Counted from the stretch's first letter, positions 1-14,386 are shown. The stretch: 64,000 nt of DNA from Eledone cirrhosa (GCA_964016885.1 OZ024740.1:164982001-165046000), one strand, 5' to 3'. The notes: generated by a model from the sequence alone, not told the origin. Program-made: numbers and translations.

Positions 1-520
1 TTCAGATCGGTCGCCGTTCCTTTCAATCACTCATTTCCATGTCAGGTAGTCAGTGCCAACATGTATATCGAAATCTCCCATTTAAAAAATATGACTCAGT
101 CGTTAATACATCTAATGCTGCAGTAACTTCATCAAGGAAGGATATATATTCAGACTCTTTGTTTAGTGCATAAACTTGCACTATCCATAGAGACATAGCT
201 TTCCGCCTAATCCTCAAGAGACAAATCCTCTGTGATAATGTCCATAACACATTCTAACAGGCTTGGGTTTGTGATTATCCCCACTCACAGCTTTGCAGTC
301 ATTTCTGGCGCCACCCTTGAATAGCAGAGCTTCCATCCTCCAGTCCAAATCTATATTCCCAGAGCCACGAAACGTTGTTGAGGAAAACCCGAATATATCT
401 AGCCGGTAGACTGTAGTATCTTTCACTAGTTCCTCTACTTAAGGTCTGAACGCATCCCTTGTTAATCCGTGCGAAGGACGACGGCCTTTGTAGTGTCTCG
501 CCATATTTTGGAGATTTTCG
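1..520 (-). mobile_element. Degenerate, rearranged LINE fragments (APE endonuclease and RT N-terminal remnants)
   Basis: ORF 50-250 has IVQVYAL...FLDEV...YFLNGRF, resembling APE 'IxQVYAP...GDFN'. ORF 214-426 has DWRMEALLFKGGARNDC, resembling the RT domain-1 'W..A....LFKKG....C.NYR'. Confidence 0.5.
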
Positions 521-836
521 GTGGTCCTGCAAGTCTTAGAAAATTACTGGATTTGTGACTAGTGCGAATCACTGTAAAACTCCATTTTACTTTTTGTTTG
601 TTTGATAGATATTGCATATACTTACATCTATATGCAATATATATATATATATATATTCGCACCGTTTCCTTTCGCTATATGTCTCTCCACCACTCCCCTA
701 CACACCTTTTGAACTCTCACCTGAAGAAGGGCTTATGCCCGAAACGTCGTCCCCCACCTACCCCCCACTCTCCTGAGCGTGAATTTAATAAACATTTGTC
801 GTACTGTCTCTCTGTTCTGTCCCTGTTCAATTTTTC

Positions 837-905
<69 letters not shown>

Positions 906-977
906 ATTTTAATACTCTGCTATGTATTGAGTACCTTACATACTGTGGTTACCTCCGATTCAACCCGGAATAACTTA

Positions 978-1052
<75 letters not shown>

Positions 1053-2250
1053 ATATTGATTATTTATGCAAAAGGTTCATCTTCATTAAAAAGTGTTTGG
1101 TGATGGAATGATCACGTGTTTGTTACTAGAATAACTACATATAGAAGCTAGAAAGTGCGGGGAAAAGGTCAACGTCAATTACAGAGAGAATGATATTATA
1201 ACATAAATCGACGGAACACAATATAATGAATATTCAACTATCTCTATCTCTATACCGTTGTGGTCTATTTCAAGCTTTCGAGGACGATACAATAAAGTCC
1301 CGTGCTGCTTTAATCAATATTGTCTTTCGCTCAAATATGCTGATCTTTAAGTCTAAATTAGAAATCAATATCACATAATAAGCTCTGTCACATTAAATAT
1401 TGATATATTTTAATTTGCCATGACACTAATTTATTCAATTAAGATGGTCGCTTTATTTGCCTGAATACCATTCTATTACTCAACTCCGTCATAAGATAAA
1501 CCAGAGCTCCAAAAACTTCGTGTACGACAAATGTAACGTTATACTACGGTTAGAAAGGTTTTAGGTTTCAAAGCATTTGACAATAAATGCTCTAGTGCTC
1601 ACTAATTTTGAATGAAATGTTACACACTAGTACTTAACTTTGTTTTCCCCCTCCAAACAGAGTGTATACTGCCATAGACGAGCTATGAACAAGAGTTACT
1701 CTAGTAAAACACATTAAACCACATTAAACACATTAAAACACATTAAAATATTGAAAACAAACCTATATTTCTTGATGCAATTATGATTTAAAAATTCATG
1801 CCTATCAATTTTCTCACATTCTTAAAGATGTAGAATATATATCCCATTCAATATATAGCCAACTCATGGCAGAGCAACAAATTAATCACATTAAATTAAT
1901 TTGTTTATTTAACCCGGTCCAATCAGGATATGTAGCACAAGAAATAGTGTTTATTTAAGATGTGTAGAGTGAGATTTCAGTGATATTTGACAATTATTTC
2001 TGAAATGTCAGTCGACGATGTAAAGGCTCCCTTCACGGCTATGGTCTATATAGAGAGAATATATGTAGCGTGTGAATTTGGACTAAACGATACCGTTCGA
2101 TCTTTGATTTACCAGTGGCCAATTCAATTTGATAATTCAATGAACTTACGTTAACATTAAAACAAGTGAAATATTTACTTTAGGGAAATATCCTATAATT
2201 TTATATTAAAAAAAGGTGCATATAAAATCACAATCACATACAAATACACG

Positions 2251-2305
<55 letters not shown>

Positions 2306-2329
2306 AGTGGTCACACAACAGTTAGTTCA

Positions 2330-2379
2330 CCATACTGAGAACAACTGTTTCACCTTAGCGGATCCTCAGCTCGTAATGG
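2330..2379 (-). ncRNA. Minimal type I hammerhead ribozyme in the PLE pLTR
   Basis: Minus strand reads ccattacgag CTGAGGA tccg ctaa ggt GAAA cagttg TT ctcagtatgg. Confidence 0.7.
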
Positions 2380-2544
2380 ACATGGTTATATGGAACAGGA
2401 AGGACAACCGTACGAAGGTGCATGCCCAGAAACGATCACCTCACACAGGCAATACTAAAATGCGTGCGAGAAGTGTCAGGGAGATAACTGCGAAAATCAG
2501 AAAAAAATTCTAGTTGATAAGAAAATTATGATGTTGTTGTAATT

Positions 2545-4395
2545 CAATCCGGAGCTTGTAGTTACGTAAGCGGTGTTTGGAGACCTGTGGACAACGTGTG
2601 AAGAATTCATTTCTCGTGTTTAGACATCGCTATTGCATAATCTATTTAGAATATTTATTCGTTCATCAATTAATAGTCCACACGACGGATTTCACCTTGC
2701 CTATGGCTTGGACTTAGTGATGGCTTTCAATTGAATGGAGTAGTCTATACTTGAGTCCTTGAGGGACCATATGTGGCTCGCAAGTTTCGTGGATGAACGT
2801 CTGTCCGTGTCCCTAAAGGTCGACTGGTGGTTCAGGAAGCGTTCCTTAAATCGTCGCTCCGCCATACCCACATAGGATTTGACCTCCTGTGGTTGATTTG
2901 GTCGGTTGGAAGTGACCACAGTTTCATAAACTACACCGCGTGTATTGCATTGCTGTTGAAGGGGCAAGCTTCGGGCTTACGGCAAGAGCACTCTGGTGGG
3001 CTGTTGCTCTTAAGGCTGTTGGTGATGTGGGCCTTCATGTTCTTAGCGCAGGAGTATCCTAGTTTTACTTTGTGTCGGTTAAAGATGGGGCGGTATTTAT
3101 GACCTATGGAAAAGTGTCTATCTAAGAGGGCTAGAATTGTTTTCCCTACATTGGTTTTAACGTTGAGTGAGAAGGGAGGAGAGAACCGGATAGTTTGTCT
3201 ATTGTTACGATTTCTTTTCTTATTGCTTTTGTTGAGAGTGGGAGAGTAAGTGATAGGTTACGAGAAGCCGCTGTTAGCTAACGCCGTATTATAATACGGT
3301 GCCGCCCTGTCAGAGATAGCCTTATTAGAGAAGAGGTTTGATATTCTAGTACTGATATTATTTACGAAGTTTCTAAAACAGTGGGAGGGTGGCATGAGTC
3401 CTTGTGAATGTAATTGAGTTTTTCGTTTAGCTTATGGAAGGGTCTGTAGGTGTGTGTGCGAAGGTCTAAATTAATGTCTAAGAAATCTACGCTAGAGAGG
3501 TTGGTAGCTACTATTATCCTAAGTCCTATCTCATTGAATGTAGAAGCTAAGTCTTTTTTAAACCGGTCGAGATCGTGACCACTTTTATGGCTCGATAATA
3601 TCAGTCCATCGTCGTGGTATATTCCCGTGTGGAAGTCCGTGAATTTAACACGTAATATGTCTAAAATAAATAGGCCACCCAAGTCGCATACGTCAGCATT
3701 GTCAAACGATCCCATGGAGACGTCGAATAGGTCTGAAGTTGTTGACTTCTTTGCCCAGGATTCTCCGTCGCTGAAGTGGAGGGTTTTCTGGCAGTGAGCG
3801 ATGATTTCCCTATCTCAACCATGGACGGTAGTGTAAGTGGTAGCGAAGTCCAAGGCTTTGTTTAACAGGGTCTCTGATCGACGGGTAAAAATCAACAATG
3901 TCAAACTGTGTGAACTTCGCTTTTTTGGATTTGAAGGAGTTAAACCACTTAATTACGGAGTCGCTGTCCTCCCACTGGGGCAGGTTGGACATGGTCCTAA
4001 TGGTCTTAACTATGTTTCTAAGTATGGCCTTACTGACTAGTCCCATATCTGTGCGTGCCGGGTTTATTAGTCTACATGTGGGGTTAGAAGTAAAGTCTAC
4101 CTTGTGATCTTTCAGGGTGAGAAACGCCTCCCGCTTAGCTAGAGATTGTAGGTTCTTATCTACCTTAAGGGCGGCGGCAAGTTCTATGGCTTCTGTATTA
4201 ATATCGTGGTAGGCCATAGGGTTAGCTTTCTTATATTTGGAAGTAATAGAGTTATGGGCCAAGTGGCGGAAAGGGGTGTTGTCGACTTCATAAATATTAT
4301 GAGTTTTGTCGGAAAGAACGAAAGTGTTATTAGAGGACCTACATTTCTTAATATCATTTCTAAATTTAGTTTGAAAGGGGTTCGGGTGTTTGAAA
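2545..4395 (-). pseudogene. PLE RT-GIY-YIG polyprotein, disrupted
   Basis: ORFs 3810-4529, 3362-3715 and 2701-2967 are successive pieces of one RT-EN reading frame. Confidence 0.88.
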
Positions 4396-4566
4396 AAAAA
4401 ACACATATATATATTTTTTTTTTTTTCGATATTTTGTGTCATATCTGAATCTTTTTTCTTTTTCTCCATTGTGATGTCTCTACACATCAAACATTCTTTC
4501 CTCTTTCCAATACACACACATACACACACTCACAAACACATACACACACACATATATATATATATC

Positions 4567-4640
<74 letters not shown>

Positions 4641-4813
4641 AGTATATAATGTTTATATATATATATATATATATATATATGTAACCGGTCTGAAACTGGT
4701 AAAACTCTACTCAACAGTGTACACGATATTTGGTATGGCTATATTATAATGAACCATTTCATCACGTAGCTCCAGAGAGATACATATAAATATATGTATC
4801 TCTCTCTCTCACA

Positions 4814-5357
<544 letters not shown>

Positions 5358-5366
5358 ATATATGCA

Positions 5367-5402
<36 letters not shown>

Positions 5403-5546
5403 ATATATTAATACATGGAAACTATATAATAAATTGAATAATATATTGAATATTTACTCAACCATTGTTGAGTGCTCTATATCAGTTATAAACTTTTAAG
5501 TTTTTGTTGGAATTCCAACAAATTAAATATAACTTATGCATATGTA

Positions 5547-5577
<31 letters not shown>

Positions 5578-5899
5578 GTATATATTTATATATGTATATA
5601 TATGAGTATATATATGTATATATATATGTATATATATATATATATATGTATAGTGGTAGCTATGGTGCTTCCGTAGGCGGTATGCCAAAATTAGCACTCG
5701 ATATTCATCAGAGTAGAGTGTAGATATTATAAAGAAAACGAAAAATCAGTGATACATCTGGACTTAGTTTATTTCGTGTTACAAATATTTCGCCGGCATG
5801 TAGCTCGAGGCATGGTCCTTGTATGGATCTGGCTGATTCTACTTCTGCGGGTTCTTTCAGACACGGGTGTTATGTCCGGAGCAAATTTTATCATCTGGC

Positions 5900-5957
5900 A
5901 GGAAGGTATACGGTTCTGACGATAGCTAATAAGCTTGAAACTAGTACATCGTTCCTT
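5900..5957 (+). ncRNA. Minimal type I HHR
   Basis: aggaa..acggtt CTGACGA tagc taataa gctt GAAA ctag TA catcgt tcct; palindromic stem III (ctag). Confidence 0.6.
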
Positions 5958-6199
5958 TGTCAGTGTTGATCAAAAGGGCAACGATGGCTGCTAAACACTG
6001 TACGGCTTAATTCGGGATGTTTTTTTTACAAACACACCGAACATTATAATAAATGTTCGGTAAATACATACATGCATATATATATATATATGTGTGCATG
6101 TATGTGTATATATATATACATACTACTGTACGTCTGTATACATATATGTATGTACGTATACATACTTATATTTAAGTAACAGCCGTACTAAGAGTGAGA

Positions 6200-6664
<465 letters not shown>

Positions 6665-7143
6665 ACATACATATATGCATAAAAACATACATACATACAA
6701 GCATAGACAGACATACAGACATATATTTTAACATGACATAATAGCTTCCTTGTCTATAAAATTTCACCATTCCAGTTCATTCTCATTTACCTAATTCGCT
6801 GACCTTTGATAACGTCTTTAACTAATATCAACTTACCGGATATCACCGGATATCATTTAGGTTAAATATTCCGAGTGCTTCAAGCATAGCTATTAAAACA
6901 CGAGAATGACTTTGATTAGAAACCTAGCTCCTTATATTTAGTCAAGCAGAACAGGGAAAATACCGCAGTAGATGCCTTCCATATATACAACAGAGATTAT
7001 TGTTAGTAACTTGGCTGTATGCGTGCGAGTGTGTTATTCTATGAACATCCCCATGTATGTATCTAAGATTATATATGCTTATACATACATACATACACAC
7101 ACACATTCACACACTCATACACACACACACACACACGCACACA

Positions 7144-7235
<92 letters not shown>

Positions 7236-7244
7236 TATATTCAA

Positions 7245-7420
7245 TAAAATAACAGATTAAACAGTTTTAGAAGATCCCGTTAAGGGTGAAAACAACGATT
7301 CTTTGCTTAAACTTTAATCTGTAATTTTAATAAATATTTGCTCTAGGGTTCTTATATATTTGATATACATTTATCCTTATCGAACCCTCTTTGGATTTTA
7401 GTCTTCATATTTATTATTAT

Positions 7421-7425
<5 letters not shown>
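7245..7425 (+). mobile_element. Short terminal fragment of HHR-bearing family A (other copies at 11410-11940, 46528-47070, 54580-54623, 56660-56987)
   Basis: Shared sequence gatcccgttaagggtgaaa..gattctttgcttaaactttaatctg...ttattattactata; short inverted 5' arm; set in (TA)n. Confidence 0.8.
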
Positions 7426-7467
<42 letters not shown>

Positions 7468-7574
7468 CGTAGACCACGGAGAGTATGTGCATAAATGCAC
7501 CTGTACCGTGTCGTATTCGTGACAGTATTGTATAAGCTCAATGTAGGAGAAAAGAGCCGTTATATGTAAAAGAA

Positions 7575-8135
7575 ATCAAAGAACACCTACATACTCATAC
7601 AATTTTTAATTGCTGACAATGTTTCATCTATACCAATACAGTGCTGAGTATAAGCTCTACCAAGCTTAGTTAGATGAACATTAGAAATACAATAGAGGGT
7701 AACAAGAGGGAGATCGGAAATGGGGAGTATGGAGAGAGTGCATAATGGGGTTGTTATTCAACACTATATATTAATATATATTATTATTTTACTTTTACTT
7801 TATTAATATATGTTTTAACAATTGTTATATGGTTTTTGCTTCTGTATGCCTTCAAGTGCTTCCGCCTCTTGTGAAAAAGTCTGCCTGTACCCTAACATAT
7901 AGCTGTAGTGTTGAATAACAACCCCATTATGCACTCTCTCCATACTCCTCATTTCCGATCTCCCTCTTATTACCCTCTATTGTATTTCTAATGTTCATGT
8001 GACTAAGCTTGGTAGAGCTTATACTCAGCACTGTATTTTTGTTTATAAAGCTCTGATGAAACCTACCTGTACCATTTATGGATGAAACATTGACAGCAAA
8101 TAAAAATTGTATGAGTATGTAGGTGTCATTTGATT
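7575..8135 (+). mobile_element. PLE pLTR-like element with inverted 5' copy and an HHR at ~8050-8097
   Basis: 7575-7766 is inverted relative to 7906-8135; gct CTGATGA ... GAAA cattg (TC in the inverted copy) agc. Confidence 0.65.
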
Positions 8136-8178
8136 TATTTTACACACATATATATATATGTGTGTGTGTGTGTCTGTA

Positions 8179-8225
<47 letters not shown>

Positions 8226-8226
<1 letters not shown>

Positions 8227-9620
8227 CTTCTTGTGACGTTAAACTCCGCCAGTTGCAGATTGCGCATTAACATGTGATATCTCTCTCCACAAAGTTCTAT
8301 AACCAGCAGCAGAATTCAAAGAGCAAAGATCGAGTCCAGTCCATAATTTGACATTATCATGCCATCGTTTTGGCTGCCGGCCTCTGCTTCTCTTACCAAC
8401 CAACCTTCCTTCCAGCCATAACCTACTCACAACACGAGTTGATCTTTTTATATGGCCGTATAGTTTGAGTGCTCTTGACTTGACAATTGATGTAATTGGT
8501 CTACATTTGGTAATGTTGAGGGGCTCACTGATATAGATACGGTCGCTGGGCCGCTTGCCAGTAATAAATCTCATGATGTGGTTCTGAAATGTAGAGAGCT
8601 TCTGAAGTGACCTCGTCGTTCAATTAACACAGTCAAGACCATATAACACAACTGGAAGGATGTAAGTATCAAAGAACTTAGCTTTCAACTGATCGGAAAC
8701 TCGTTTCGATGTTAATATTTCGTTGTTCTTGTTGAAAGCTGCCCAACCCAGAGCGATTCAATATTGCGCAGCAACTATTCCATTGTTGTTTGATGATAGT
8801 TTGTGACCGAGCAATTTGTAACTTGAACAATTTATTGGTTGTAGATTGTGAGTTGGGGATGGACATTACTTTCGTCATACATTTTGTTTACGAAATTTTT
8901 ATGTGTAAGCCAGCCTCCAGCGAATGTTTGGCCAGTACATTTAGAAATTTTGCAGATCCGTTCTAGAGTAACTCATGATGGCCAGACCGTCTGCACAGCT
9001 GAGATTTGATAGGATTTTACCTCCTATTTGATAGCCAGAGGAGCATTTCTCTTCAGTTTGGTAGATAGGTGCAGCTATAACTATACAGAAAAGAAGTGCT
9101 GATAGTACATCCCCCTACTTAAATTCCTTCAAGATGTCTACACAGCGTGTAGTTCCCCAATCTGTTGAGTAGGTGTAAGATTATTTCGATAGCTTGATGT
9201 ATTTTTTGTTAATTGAGGTCTTGTTTAGCTGGGTTGTTTCACGTTGTCAAAAACTTAAAGATGATGTTCACAGGGTTGTTGAATTCTATTGATTTCTCAA
9301 TGATTTGTTCAATAGCTAGGATCTGCTCAATATTGAATCTTCCAGGTTGATACGCGGCTTGTGTTTCAGGAAATGAGGCGTGAAGGTCTGACTTCACCCG
9401 TGCTGCAATGATACTCATGTAAACATGAGTTGGTAAGGTGATAGGACGATAGTTCCCACAATCATGCCTGCTACCTTTTTTGTAGAGTACAACTATCAAT
9501 GCTTTCTTAAACATGTCTGGGCTTTTTCCTGTTGTGATAATACCGTTAAAGAGATATTGAAGTGCTTTGATAATTGGTTCACCTTCGTTGATGAATTCTG
9601 AGTATATGTTGTCCAGTCCA
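8226..9620 (-). mobile_element. RTE-clade LINE, 3' part (RT and C-terminus), degenerate
   Basis: LYKKGSRHDCGNYRPITL and QAAYQPGRFNIEQI (RT domains 1-2); C-terminal LKLYGHIKR...LEGRLVGKRSRGRQPKRWHDNVK...R.LWR, typical of RTE. Confidence 0.88.
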
Positions 9621-9849
9621 TATATATATATATATATATATATATGGACTGGTTCTAAATATATTGGTTGCCAGGAGATGAATGGGGCCCTCCTACATAT
9701 AGAATGCTATCATTTAATTTTTATAATGAATAAATAACATTTTCGAAAAATACATAGGTGGAAATAAAACACCGATTTCAAATTTTTGTGGGAAAATATA
9801 TTACCTTCCACAATAAAAAATATGTATTTTGCGAAATCCAGAGACTTTC

Positions 9850-10531
9850 AATAAGGACCAGAAGTCGACCCTAAATATTATTAATAGCGCTAGGAAAGCC
9901 ATGAACCACACCACATATTTTAAACTTTGATTTTGAAAGCAGTTTTATAATTTTCAATTTTCATTTAACTTTTGTAGCTGTCTCGGTGGATGAATCATAG
10001 ACTGGTCTGAAGTTCGATCCTTATTGGTAGCAGGGTTCCCGGTAAACCTTTTCAGTTCTTTTCTATGGGTTGTAAAACTGAAAACGTTTACATGCATCTA
10101 TGCTTGAAGCGAATCCTATTTCTTTTCTATTATAAGTTGAGCCAACTTATGCAGCTTCATATGCAAATGAGATTAATCACCTCATTTACACAGACGATGA
10201 AACTATATATTCTCGGGTGTTTTCAAGTCCAGCAGTCGCAGAGCAGTGGGAGGGATCGTCCTGACGATGGCCAGTCAAGCCTGATATGCATAGACGGTTG
10301 TCCCTCTTGCTTCTGCTGGACAACACGAAGGGCGTTATCCCCCCACCCCCCTTCGGTGTTCGCATAGCTACGGCTTCCTAAAATCGTATTTCTTTCGAAA
10401 TACGAAATTTATATATATATTTGGGGAGAGTCATATTGTTGTAATATTATTGTTGCCAGAAATAATAACACTCACTGTTTGGTATATAACAGAAAACAGT
10501 GTCAATCAATAACCTTTCAGCTTGGCATTAG

Positions 10532-10606
<75 letters not shown>

Positions 10607-11140
10607 TTTGCTAAAATAATGAAATGAAATTAATTCAACAGTTTAACATACATAGTAATAATAAGGTTCTTACCAAAGGGCCAGATATTTGACAAGTCGT
10701 CCCTAAATGTTACTAATAGCTCTAGGGAAGCCATGAACGACACCACATCCTTCTAACTTTGATTTTTAAAGTAGGTTTATAATTATCAATTTTCATTATA
10801 CTTTTATAGCTTTGTAGTTGGAGGAATCACAGACGGTGGTGATCCTGGTCTGATGTTCGATACTGGTCGGGAGTAGGGTTCCCGGTAAACCTTTTGTTTT
10901 TTTCTATTGGTTGTAAACTAAAAACTGAAAAAAGCTACATGTACCCCTTTGCCAGGTTTGAACCCAAGGACAGGATCTCTACGGTCTCTAGTACCTACCG
11001 CTAGGCCACAGAGACAACTACGAAAATCTTATGAAAATTCATATTTATAAACCTACTTTCAAAGATTTCAAAACAAAGTGTTGTGGTGTCGCTCATGTCT
11101 TTCTTAATGTTATTGCTCCTACTTAAGGGCGACTTCTAAA
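9850..11140. repeat. Old dispersed repeat present as two direct copies (~9850-10085, ~10670-10930) plus an inverted partial copy (~11040-11135)
   Basis: Shared gccatgaac.acaccacat...ctttgatttt.aaag.ag.tttataatt.tcaatttttcatt...agggttcccggtaaacctttt; reverse complement at 11044-11134. Confidence 0.65.
10944..11014 (-). mobile_element. tRNA-derived SINE head or tRNA pseudogene
   Basis: A-box tggcctagcggt and B-box ggttcaaacct on the minus strand; cloverleaf not intact. Confidence 0.5.
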
Positions 11141-11409
11141 TCATTTGGGTGTTCCATAAACTATATCCTCGTTTTATTTCTCATCTATCTAGACTATATT
11201 TTAACATGTAATCCATGTTTCATTTCTGTTCCACCTCATTTTCCCCTCTTTCTCCCTCTCTCCCTCTCTCTCTCTCTCTGTATCTCTCTCTCTCTCTCTC
11301 TTTCTCTCTGTGATATTTGAATCTACTATGATTTGGGCTTACCTTATTCCTATATATAGGTTTTTGCATGTGAGTTTTATTCAAACTTACAAGGATTGGC
11401 ATTATATAT

Positions 11410-11936
11410 AACGCAGAACTGGATATTTAGTCTACGACTTCTGCTATACCATTTACGTGGTTTTGTCTTTGCGTGCTATTGTTCTACACGCTCCGCATAT
11501 GACGTATTATCTTCGTTTTTTTCGTTCATTGCCAGAGAACGTCTCTATGCACCACCTAAGAGAACATTAGTCTACGACCTCTTTTAAACCATAAACGTGG
11601 TTCTGTCTTTGCGCGTAATTGTTTTTCACCGCTCCTATTAATGACGTATTATATTCGTTTTTTCCTGTTCTTAGCCAGCGAACGTTTCCACAAACCAAAG
11701 TATCGTCTTCCTGTCTTCCTCCGGTTGCAACGTTTTTTGAAATATCCAGTTCTGCGTTTACAGATTGACTTTGTTAGTTTCAGATGATCCCGTTAAGGGT
11801 GAAAGCAGCGATTCTTTGCTTAAACTTTAATCTGTTATTTTCATAAATATTTGCTCTACGGTTCTTATATATTTGATATATATTTATCCTTATCGAGCCC
11901 TCTTTGGATTTTAGTCTTCAAATTTATTATTATTAT

Positions 11937-11940
<4 letters not shown>
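11410..11940 (+). mobile_element. Longest copy of HHR family A, with internal ~130-bp direct subrepeats and a short inverted 5' arm
   Basis: aacgcagaactggatattt (11410) is inverted relative to 11740-11759; tagtctacgac...acgtggtt.tgtctttgcg is repeated. Confidence 0.75.
11776..11826 (+). ncRNA. Type I HHR fold with a non-canonical CAGAUGA (U4A) core
   Basis: agttt CAGATGA tccc gttaa gggt GAAA gcag cgattct ttgc TT aaact; stems I, II and III all pair. Confidence 0.6.
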
Positions 11941-11976
<36 letters not shown>

Positions 11977-12197
11977 TTGTATGTCTGTGTCTATGTATGT
12001 ATGCTTGCATGCAAGAATGATTACACTAAGCCTTAGATATAGTAGAATATACAACCAGTGATTCCAGGTATTTGCACTAACGTATATTTTAGTTTCTAGT
12101 AATTCCCTGCGGAATTGGTTGACCAAACGCTTTGCTTAATTGTTTTATTTATTTAAAAAAAGATGTTATTCTTCCTCTTAGATTAGATTAGATTAGA

Positions 12198-12298
<101 letters not shown>

Positions 12299-12429
12299 CA
12301 AAGGGATATTTAATTTGTTGGTAATTCAACGAACAAATATATAAATTTATAACTGATTCGAAGCATTCGACAGTTTTTCTGGAGTATAATATCAATGATA
12401 TTAATAAATGGAAACTATATTTATAAAAC

Positions 12430-12592
12430 TATATTTATTGTATTATATATATTTCAAGGGTACCAAAACTTTGGTACGCTCCCATAAGATCTCATTCCTA
12501 GATATGTCAATATTCATAAAACACACTTTGATTTTATCTGATGAGAGCGTACCAAATTTTGGTACCCTTGAAATATATATAATAGAATAAAT

Positions 12593-12595
<3 letters not shown>
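12430..12595 (+). ncRNA. Small inverted-arm element with an HHR (core 12538-12579)
   Basis: attttat CTGATGA gagcgtacca aatt ttggtaccctt GAAA tata TA taatagaat; 12430-12480 is inverted relative to 12546-12595. Confidence 0.55.
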
Positions 12596-12662
<67 letters not shown>

Positions 12663-12770
12663 AAAAATAGAGGTGTGACACACGAGTTGTGATATATTAG
12701 TAAAAAGTAAAACAGAATGGTGACAAATTTTTCTCACTGAAAAATAAGTTAATTAGTAATAAGTATAAAT

Positions 12771-12833
<63 letters not shown>

Positions 12834-12835
12834 AT

Positions 12836-12902
<67 letters not shown>

Positions 12903-12904
12903 TA

Positions 12905-13702
12905 GATATAAACGTGTGTATATATATAATAAAGCGAAAACAATGCAGGTATGGACATAGAATAAAGAATGCAAATGCAAAAGATATTGTTGACAATTAG
13001 TCTTTTACTTTAGATTTATTTAAATGTTCTTAAATTTCGAGATAATATCTCTTCTTCGGAGGGAAGTAAAGCGGTTAAACCAGTGTTCTAAATAGCTTGC
13101 CAAGTCATGTTGACAGGAAATGGTATAGAATATCTGTTCTATCTCTAATGTCAAAGAGTTAAGATTAACTGGATAAAGAGTAGTCTCCCTTTAAAGGGTT
13201 TTTTTTTTTGTACATGCCTGTTTAAGTGTGTGGGAGAATGCATGAAGGTGTAAATATGTGAATGTGTGTGTGTGAGTGTGAGAAGATATGTCTATACGTA
13301 AATGTGAGGGATAGGTGTTATCTCGTTTTAGAACTGGTCTTTGTGTGTGTATGTGTGTGTGTGAGAGAGAATAAGTGTAGGTGTAAGCGTGTGTGTGTGT
13401 GTGCGTGCGTGTGTGGGTGCGTGTGTGTGGGGGGGGGGGTGTAAATATGGGGCTAGAAGCTCTAGCAAGTTATAAATTGGGTATTGAGTTCTAGTCTATT
13501 ATTGATTGGTGGGTGTGTTTTGTTTATAATTAGTGCTTCCTTAATTCTAAGATTGCCGAGGTTTCTTTCCTTAGTTTCTATCCTAACTGTTATGGTTTTG
13601 TCGGTATTTTTGCATTTAGCTAGGTGTTTCTTAAATGAGGAAGCGTTAGTATTGAGGTGTTCTTTTATTCTTATGTGGATTGGTCTGGTGGTGCTACCTA
13701 CG
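12905..13702 (-). mobile_element. PLE 3' fragment: GIY-YIG endonuclease and pLTR with a degenerate HHR (~13030-13062)
   Basis: KCSNYYVGSTTRPIHIRIKEH...LRIKEALIINKTHPPINNRLE; minus strand CCGAAGA agaga tatta tctc GAAA. Confidence 0.75.
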
Positions 13703-13718
13703 TAGTAGTTGCTGCATT

Positions 13719-13777
<59 letters not shown>

Positions 13778-13966
13778 CGTTTCTGAATTTGTTTAGCAAG
13801 ATTCTTTATCTGAAAACGTGTGTTGAAACCGATATTGTTAAACTTTGGGAGGGTCATGTTACCAAAAAGAAACACACGAACCAATAAATTGAAGTGAAAG
13901 CAACTGGTGCGTGTGTTTCTTATTGGCAACATGACCCTCCCAAAGTATAACAATATATATATATAT

Positions 13967-14012
<46 letters not shown>

Positions 14013-14017
<5 letters not shown>

Positions 14018-14331
14018 CTGATTAGACCAAAAATCACGAGCGCTCTATCTCAAAATTATTTTTGAAAAGGATTAGAAGTGCGCAAACGATAAAAACTTAA
14101 AACTAAAACTGAATACTAACTAATACTTATATATATATATTAGTAAAAAGGCAAAAAAAATGGTGATAAATTTTTCCCAGTGGAAAATAGTTTAATTAGG
14201 AATAAGTATAAATTAGTAATAAGTATTAGTTAGTATTCAGTTAAAGTTTTAAGTTTTTACCGTTTGCGCATTTCTAATGCTTTTCAAAAATAATTTTGAG
14301 ATAGAGCGCTCGTGATTTTTGGTCTAATCAG

Positions 14332-14336
<5 letters not shown>
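14013..14336. mobile_element. Inverted pair of short family-B termini (also at 12697-12772 and 55737-55933)
   Basis: 14013-14128 is the reverse complement of 14220-14336; carries an HHR-like TTGAAAA gcat..atgc GCAA ccgg TA motif. Confidence 0.7.

Positions 14337-14386
<50 letters not shown>

Larger units (their letters stand above)
2307..4400 (-). mobile_element. Penelope-like retroelement (Neptune-like), 5'-truncated, with frameshifts and stops
   Basis: RT motifs CRLINPA, QFDIVDFYPSI, MGSFDNADVCDL, YHDDGL, VDFLDI and YIHKDSCHPP; Cys-rich linker; GIY-YIG endonuclease (VVYE...YVGMAERRFKERF..H); 3' pLTR with HHR; 3' end abuts (GA)n/(TA)n. Confidence 0.93.

Noticed and set aside
712-760. HHR-like CTGAAGA agggc ttat gccc GAAA cgtcg TC
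   Set aside because: Core and stem II are good, but I cannot form stem I. It is probably a decayed or rearranged pLTR and is not counted as an intact ribozyme.
2600-2700. Selenocysteine recoding of the in-frame TGA in the first PLE, as in Naiad PLEs
   Set aside because: The TGA aligns with Gly rather than Cys, is absent from the second copy, and the endonuclease is C-terminal rather than Naiad-type N-terminal.
10944-11014. Functional tRNA gene
   Set aside because: A and B boxes are present, but the acceptor and anticodon stems do not pair properly. The same applies to the SINE heads and the B box at ~30425-30440.
13775-13955. Repeat family (also ~47465-47578, 49490-49515, 50957-51025) with CTGAAAA cgtgtgtt GAAA ccg.TA
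   Set aside because: The repeat is real, but positions 3/8 mismatch and there is no stem I, so no ribozyme call is made.
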